Shown: one piece after another, positions 6,861-11,494 of the stretch
Layout of the letters: every line of letters begins with the position of its first letter
Position numbering within the stretch: the first letter of the stretch is position 1
DNA from: Promethearchaeia archaeon
Lineage (GTDB): Archaea; Asgardarchaeota; Lokiarchaeia; Sigyniarchaeales; SOKP01
Reading direction: 5' to 3'
DNA length: 11,494 nt
Assembly (NCBI GenBank): GCA_029856125.1
Contig: JAHQWJ010000006.1
Coordinates: forward strand, 1 to 11,494
The notes under the pieces: model-generated
What the model was told of the DNA's origin: nothing
The model's input: only the letters and a program-made list of their open reading frames with translations
Database searches by the model: none
Translations under genes and position numbers: made by a program

Positions 6861-8483
6861 ATGGCTTACGATATAATTATTAAAAACGGTAAAATTATTG
6901 ATGGAGCGGGAAACCCTTGGTATTGGGGTGAAATAGGTATTGAGAATGGGAAAATAACAAAGATAGCTCCAAAAATAAAAGATGACGCTAAAAAGGTGAT
7001 CGATGCAAATCGAATGATTGTTTGTCCGGGTTTTATTGACATCCATTCTCACTCTGATTACTTCTTACCAGTTGGTAGGGGTCAAGAGTCTACATTATAC
7101 CAAGGAGTAACTACTGCTGTCGTAGGCATGTGCGGAGATGGAATGGCGCCTATCCCGAAGGGAAAAGAAGAAGAATTTAAAAAAAGAGTAGGAACATTAG
7201 ACCCTGCTCTTGCTCAGCTAGAATATCCCTATCATACTTTTAAGGAATACTTGGAATTCAACGAAAAAAAGAGAAATTCAGCAAATTTAGCTTTTTTCAT
7301 AGGTTATGGAAATGTGCGAATAATTGGGGGCCAAGGGGGCGAAGATCGACCTGCTACATCTGAAGAACTTGATACAATGAAAGGATACATAAGAGAGGCG
7401 ATGGAAGCTGGGGCGTTTGGAATGAGTACAGGATTAATATATGCACCTCAACTGTTTGCTTCTACAAGTGAAATCATTGAGTTGGCTAAAATAGTTGCTG
7501 AATACAACGGGTTATATTTTTCGCATATTCGTGGTGAAGGTGAATCTGTTACAAAAGCTGTAGGAGAAGTAATAGAAATTGTTGAAAAATCAGGTTGTGC
7601 CGGAGGGCAAATTGCACATCATAAAATCTCGGGTGAAAAGTATTGGGGAAAGAGTAAGGATACAATTCATCTTATCGCTGAAGCTAACAATAGAGGTATT
7701 AGCATAACTTGCGATCAATATCCCTATAATCGCGGAATGTCTGATTTGATGTCAGCGTTACCCCCTTGGGCACGAAAAGGTAATAATGACGACATTTTAG
7801 AACGGATAAAAAATCCTGATGTACAAAAGCGAATCAAAGACGATGTTGAAAAAGGGATCGAAGGTTGGGAAAACTGGATTCGTGATATAGGTATGAAAAA
7901 TTTATTTATCTCCACTGTTAATCATGATAATTGGAAAGATGTAATAACAAAAAATATCACAGAAATCACTAAGATTAAAGGATTATCAGACGATTTCGAT
8001 ACCTTTTTTAATCTATTAATTGACAACGAGCTAAGTGTCCAGATTACCATAAAAAGTATGGGAGAAGAAGATATCCATAGAATCATGACTAGTCGATATC
8101 AAATGGTTGGAACGGATGGTTCTGGAATCCTTGCTACCATCAGTTCAGGAGCATTTCATCCTCGTTTTTTTGGAACATATCCTCGAATTCTAGGTAAATA
8201 TGTCAGAGAAGAAAAAATCTTAACTTTAGAGCAAGCCATTCGCAAAATGTCATCGTTTCCAGCCCAACGGCTTGGACTCCAAGACAGAGGACTTGTTAGA
8301 GAAGGAAATTGGGCTGATTTAGTTATCTTTGATCCCGATAAGGTTATTGATAAAGCAACCTTTGAACAACCTTACCAGCTTCCTGAAGGTATCCCATATG
8401 TTATCGTTAATGGCGTTATCGTCATTGAAAGAGGAAAAAAGAATAGAAAAGCTCCGGGAAAAGTAATACGTCGCCGTGCCTAA
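6861..8483 (+). CDS. N-acyl-D-amino-acid deacylase (D-aminoacylase), amidohydrolase superfamily
   Basis: PGFIDIHSHSD, GVTTAVVGMCG (Cys ligand), GAFGMSTGLIYAP, SHIRGEG, IAHHK, DQYPY, GTDG, HPRFFGTYPRILG, ADLVIFDP. 540 aa. Confidence 0.9.
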   Translation: MAYDIIIKNGKIIDGAGNPWYWGEIGIENGKITKIAPKIKDDAKKVIDANRMIVCPGFIDIHSHSDYFLPVGRGQESTLYQGVTTAVVGMCGDGMAPIPKGKEEEFKKRVGTLDPALAQLEYPYHTFKEYLEFNEKKRNSANLAFFIGYGNVRIIGGQGGEDRPATSEELDTMKGYIREAMEAGAFGMSTGLIYAPQLFASTSEIIELAKIVAEYNGLYFSHIRGEGESVTKAVGEVIEIVEKSGCAGGQIAHHKISGEKYWGKSKDTIHLIAEANNRGISITCDQYPYNRGMSDLMSALPPWARKGNNDDILERIKNPDVQKRIKDDVEKGIEGWENWIRDIGMKNLFISTVNHDNWKDVITKNITEITKIKGLSDDFDTFFNLLIDNELSVQITIKSMGEEDIHRIMTSRYQMVGTDGSGILATISSGAFHPRFFGTYPRILGKYVREEKILTLEQAIRKMSSFPAQRLGLQDRGLVREGNWADLVIFDPDKVIDKATFEQPYQLPEGIPYVIVNGVIVIERGKKNRKAPGKVIRRRA

Positions 8484-8687
8484 AATCAATATATATTAAT
8501 TCAAGAATCATTAACTTTTTTCTCAAATGTTAAGATGATTTATCTTTTCTCATCTTCAAATTTCAAGTTTAAAGGCTATAGCTTAATCAGATTAATTTAT
8601 AAAATATTAAATTAATATTTTTAATGTACATTCAATTAACAAATCCATAAATACAAATTAATTAAATTAAAAGAAAGGTAGTTTATA

Positions 8688-8822
8688 GTGGCTAAATGGG
8701 AATGTGGCGCTTGCGGATATGTTTACGACGAAGAAAAAGAAGGAACTAAGTTCGAAGATCTTCCTGATGATTGGGTATGTCCAGTTTGCGGCGTAGACAA
8801 GAGTTTCTTTACACAAATTTAA
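8688..8822 (+). CDS. Rubredoxin 2 (44 aa, GTG start); not in ORF track
   Basis: Manual translation [44 protein letters not shown]. Textbook CxxCGYxYD...[14 protein letters not shown]..K..F. SD-like AAAGGT about 8 nt upstream. Confidence 0.95.
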   Translation: MAKWECGACGYVYDEEKEGTKFEDLPDDWVCPVCGVDKSFFTQI

Positions 8823-8838
8823 GTATAACCTTAATTAC

Positions 8839-8876
8839 TTATTTTTATTTATATTCTTATTTTTTTCTTTTATATT
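8839..8876 (+). terminator. T-rich terminator region after rubredoxin 2
   Basis: Multiple T-tracts (TTTTTATTT, TTTTTTTCTTTT) shortly after the stop codon. Confidence 0.4.
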
Positions 8877-9016
8877 GGGCGTAAATCATTTGTTAGCTTA
8901 AATTTGTCTTAAAACTTTTCTAAAATTTATAAGATAAATAAATTAAATTTATTAAAAACAAACAAAAAAATAACTTAAATAACAACAATTAATCCAAAAA
9001 TTGGAATTAAAAAAAT

Positions 9017-10225
9017 ATGACTCATTTAGAATTATTGAAAGACGTATGGTACGTTGGTTATGTAGATTTTGAAGTAAGAAATTTTCACGGATACTCCACT
9101 CATAGAGGGACCTCCTATAACGCCTATATAGTTAAATCAGGAGATAAAACAGTATTAATAGACACAGTTAAGCGTCCGTATTTCGAATATTTTTTGGATA
9201 AAATAAAACAGGTATGTGATCCAGCAGAAATTGATTATTTAATCATGGATCACATTGAGATGGACCATTCCGGGTCTTTTCCGCTAATTTTAAAACACAT
9301 ACCTAACGCAGAAATAATTGCTTCTGCTAGAGGTGTTGATGTTCTAAAGAGCCATTTCCATCAAGAAATTGACGCTGAGGTGTTCGATAGAATTCGAGCC
9401 GTTAAGAATGGAGACACTTTGGATATTGGAAATGGTAAAAAATTCACATTCGTACCGATACCCATGATACATTGGCCAGATAGCATGGTAGCATTTATGA
9501 GTGACGATAATGGGAAAAATGTCCTGTTTTCTAGCGATGCTTTCGGGCAACATATTGCAACAACTATGCGTTGGGACGATGAAAATGACATGTGTGAGAT
9601 TATGGAAGAAGCGGAAAAATACTACGCTAATATTTTACTTCATTTATCGGGACTTATTGCAAAAACGCTTCCCGTAGTTGGAGCATTACCTATTGATGTT
9701 GTATGTACTGCTCATGGTGTTTGTTGGAGAAAAAACATTCCAGAGATATTAGAGAAGTATAGGAAGTGGTCAACCGGAGAAATAAAAGGAAAAAGCGTTT
9801 TAATCGTTTACGATAGTATGTGGGAGAGTACAGCTAAAATTGCTAAAGCTTTAATGAAAGAAATTCGTCATAGAGGTATTCCAGTTAAAAGATTCAGATT
9901 GACTCAAGCAGATTATTCTGATGTTATTACTGAGGCAATGAAGGCAAAAGCAATATTGGTTGGAAGTCCAACCCTAAACAATGGGCTTTACCCGTCTGTT
10001 GCGGAATACTTATGTTATCAAAGAGGCTTGAAACCTATGAATAAAGTTGGATTAGCTTTTGGTTCTTATGGATGGTCAGGTCAAGCTGTCCAAGAAATAG
10101 CTGAACAAATGAAAGCTGCTGGAATAGATGTTATGGACGAGGTGATTAAGATTAAATTCGTTCCGAAAGCAGAGGATTTAGATTTTAAAGATATTGTAGA
10201 TAAATTAATAGAAAAAATGAAATAA
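9017..10225 (+). CDS. fprA: Class A flavodiiron protein (FprA / rubredoxin:oxygen or NO oxidoreductase)
   Basis: GTSYNAY, di-iron ligands HIEMDH, HWPDSM, SSDAFG, TAHG. Flavodoxin domain YDSMWEST, GSPTLNN, AFGSYGWSG. 402 aa, no extra C-terminal domain. Confidence 0.95.
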   Translation: MTHLELLKDVWYVGYVDFEVRNFHGYSTHRGTSYNAYIVKSGDKTVLIDTVKRPYFEYFLDKIKQVCDPAEIDYLIMDHIEMDHSGSFPLILKHIPNAEIIASARGVDVLKSHFHQEIDAEVFDRIRAVKNGDTLDIGNGKKFTFVPIPMIHWPDSMVAFMSDDNGKNVLFSSDAFGQHIATTMRWDDENDMCEIMEEAEKYYANILLHLSGLIAKTLPVVGALPIDVVCTAHGVCWRKNIPEILEKYRKWSTGEIKGKSVLIVYDSMWESTAKIAKALMKEIRHRGIPVKRFRLTQADYSDVITEAMKAKAILVGSPTLNNGLYPSVAEYLCYQRGLKPMNKVGLAFGSYGWSGQAVQEIAEQMKAAGIDVMDEVIKIKFVPKAEDLDFKDIVDKLIEKMK

Positions 10226-10229
10226 AATA

Positions 10230-10234
10230 GAGGT
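10230..10234 (+). promoter_or_regulatory. Shine-Dalgarno site of the acyl-CoA dehydrogenase
   Basis: GAGGT 8 nt upstream of ATG 10243, within the 17-nt gap after fprA. Confidence 0.65.
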
Positions 10235-10242
10235 TAAAAAAA

Positions 10243-11494
10243 ATGGATTTTAATTTAACAGAAGCACAACTAGCTTTACAAAAGAAAGCTAGGGAGTTTG
10301 CTGTAAAGGAAGTTCTACCTACCTCCTTCAGTTATGATGAACATGAAGTTATGCCTATAAAAGTCATTGAAAAAGCATGGAAGGCAGGATTGACAAATTT
10401 AGGCGTTCCCAAAGAGTATGGCGGGCAAGGGTATGGTTTAATGGAATCAGTAATAGTTGTAGAAGAAATTGCAGCTGCATGTCCGGGGACCGCAACTTCA
10501 ATATTTGATAACGATCTAGGCTCAGGACCTATAGTAATTGGGGGGAACGAAGAGCAAAAGAATAGAGTATTAAAGGATATAACAGAAAATTTCAAATTAA
10601 TCGCGTTTGCCACTTCAGAGCCAGGAATGGGTAGCGATGTAGCTGGAATGCAATGCCGCGCTGAAAAAGATGGAAAAGATTTTGTGTTAAACGGAACTAA
10701 ATATTGGATAACTAACGCAGGATATTCTGATTATATCACCGTTTTTGCAACGACTGATCCAGAGAAAAAACATCGAGGTATAGCGGGATTCATTGTACCA
10801 ACTGATTATGAAGGAGTTAAAACTGGACCACATATACCGAAATTAGGCCAACGAGCATCTAATACTTGTTCTGTTGTATTGAAAGATGTGAGAATACCTG
10901 AAGAAAATGTTTTGGCAAAACCGGGTAGAGGATTTCTGTTAGCTATGCAAACTTTTCAAAAAACTAGACCTGCTGTTGCAGCGTTTGCTGTAGGTTGCGC
11001 AAGGTCAGCGATGGAATATGCTATTGACTATGCTCAGAAAAGAGAGACATTTGGAAGGCCTATAGGAACTTATCAAGGGATTCAATTCAAATTAGCAGAG
11101 ATGTATAAGGATATTGAAGCTGCGAGATTATTGACATACAAAGCGGCTTGGGAAGGAGATCAAGGATTAGATAGTAATCTTACATCTTCTATGGCAAAAG
11201 CATTTGCTTCAGATGTTGGAATGAATGTTACCACTGAAGCTATCCAAGTTTTTGGAGGATATGGGTATCTTAGGACATTTCCTGTCGAAAAATTGTTTAG
11301 AGACGCAAAATTGTATCAAATCTACGAAGGTACGTCAGAAATACAGAGGATAGTAATTGCACGGTTTATCATGAAAAAATATCAGCACGCAATGCCTAAT
11401 CTATTTGAAATTCCACGAGTAGAAATCGAAGTGGAAGAAAAAACTAAAAAAGTTGTCTCAAAAATAGATAAAACTAGTGATGAATTGGGCGGAA
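10243..11494 (+). CDS. Acyl-CoA dehydrogenase (short/medium-chain type), 3'-truncated by the window, with C-terminal extension; not in ORF track
   Basis: Manual translation MDFNLTEAQLALQKKAREFA...VPKEYGGQG...AFATSEPGMGSDV...LNGTKYWITNA...KLGQRAS...QKRETFGRPI...FGGYGY...RDAKLYQIYEGTSEIQRIVIAR. Catalytic Glu in YEGT (aa 362). Open for 417 codons to the window end. Confidence 0.95.
   Translation, partial: MDFNLTEAQLALQKKAREFAVKEVLPTSFSYDEHEVMPIKVIEKAWKAGLTNLGVPKEYGGQGYGLMESVIVVEEIAAACPGTATSIFDNDLGSGPIVIGGNEEQKNRVLKDITENFKLIAFATSEPGMGSDVAGMQCRAEKDGKDFVLNGTKYWITNAGYSDYITVFATTDPEKKHRGIAGFIVPTDYEGVKTGPHIPKLGQRASNTCSVVLKDVRIPEENVLAKPGRGFLLAMQTFQKTRPAVAAFAVGCARSAMEYAIDYAQKRETFGRPIGTYQGIQFKLAEMYKDIEAARLLTYKAAWEGDQGLDSNLTSSMAKAFASDVGMNVTTEAIQVFGGYGYLRTFPVEKLFRDAKLYQIYEGTSEIQRIVIARFIMKKYQHAMPNLFEIPRVEIEVEEKTKKVVSKIDKTSDELGG

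Noticed and set aside
6861-8483. Dihydroorotase or dihydropyrimidinase
   Set aside because: The GxCG Cys ligand, STGLIYAP, DQYPY and HPRxxGTYPR motifs and the 540 aa length fit the D-aminoacylase subfamily.
8484-9016. ncRNA or tRNA in the long intergenic gap of the ORF track
   Set aside because: The only GC-richer island is the rubredoxin 2 CDS. The flanks are extremely AT-rich with no stable structure or tRNA motifs.
1863-10225. Selenocysteine or pyrrolysine recoding in the redox genes
   Set aside because: All Cys motifs are complete, the genes end in TAA or TAG at expected family lengths, and no in-frame TGA interrupts a domain.
1809-10613. Short ORF-track entries antisense to or overlapping real genes (1809-1994, 3144-3332, 3728-3913, 3939-4139, 5032-5253, 5262-5453, 5714-6031, 6149-6352, 6381-6605, 6415-6609, 6481-6702, 6786-7052, 7724-7915, 9344-9553, 9361-9591, 10332-10613)
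   Set aside because: Shadow ORFs overlapping well-supported CDSs, with no recognisable motifs. 10332-10613 is antisense to the acyl-CoA dehydrogenase.

Overview
AT-rich, gene-dense window with archaeal signals (BRE/TATA promoters about 22-30 nt upstream of start codons, GGTGA/GAGGT Shine-Dalgarno sites, oligo-T terminators, an HTH_10 regulator). A longin/uDENN-like domain fused to a Ras-like GTPase suggests an Asgard archaeon, probably Lokiarchaeia (inference). Most of the window is an anaerobe-type redox / O2-NO detoxification neighbourhood: a glutaredoxin-like protein, an iron-sulfur flavoprotein (Isf), a CbiX-type chelatase, a 4Fe-4S protein with an internal tandem duplication, an NADH:rubredoxin oxidoreductase-like flavoprotein with a fused rubredoxin, two stand-alone rubredoxins missed by the ORF track (6649-6789, 8688-8822), a class A flavodiiron protein (FprA), and directly downstream an acyl-CoA dehydrogenase (10243 to beyond 11494, also missed) with a C-terminal extension. 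A D-aminoacylase sits between the two rubredoxins. The best candidate novel system is a multi-rubredoxin electron hub that may couple both NADH and acyl-CoA oxidation to FprA-dependent O2/NO reduction. No RNA genes, CRISPR arrays or mobile elements were recognised.
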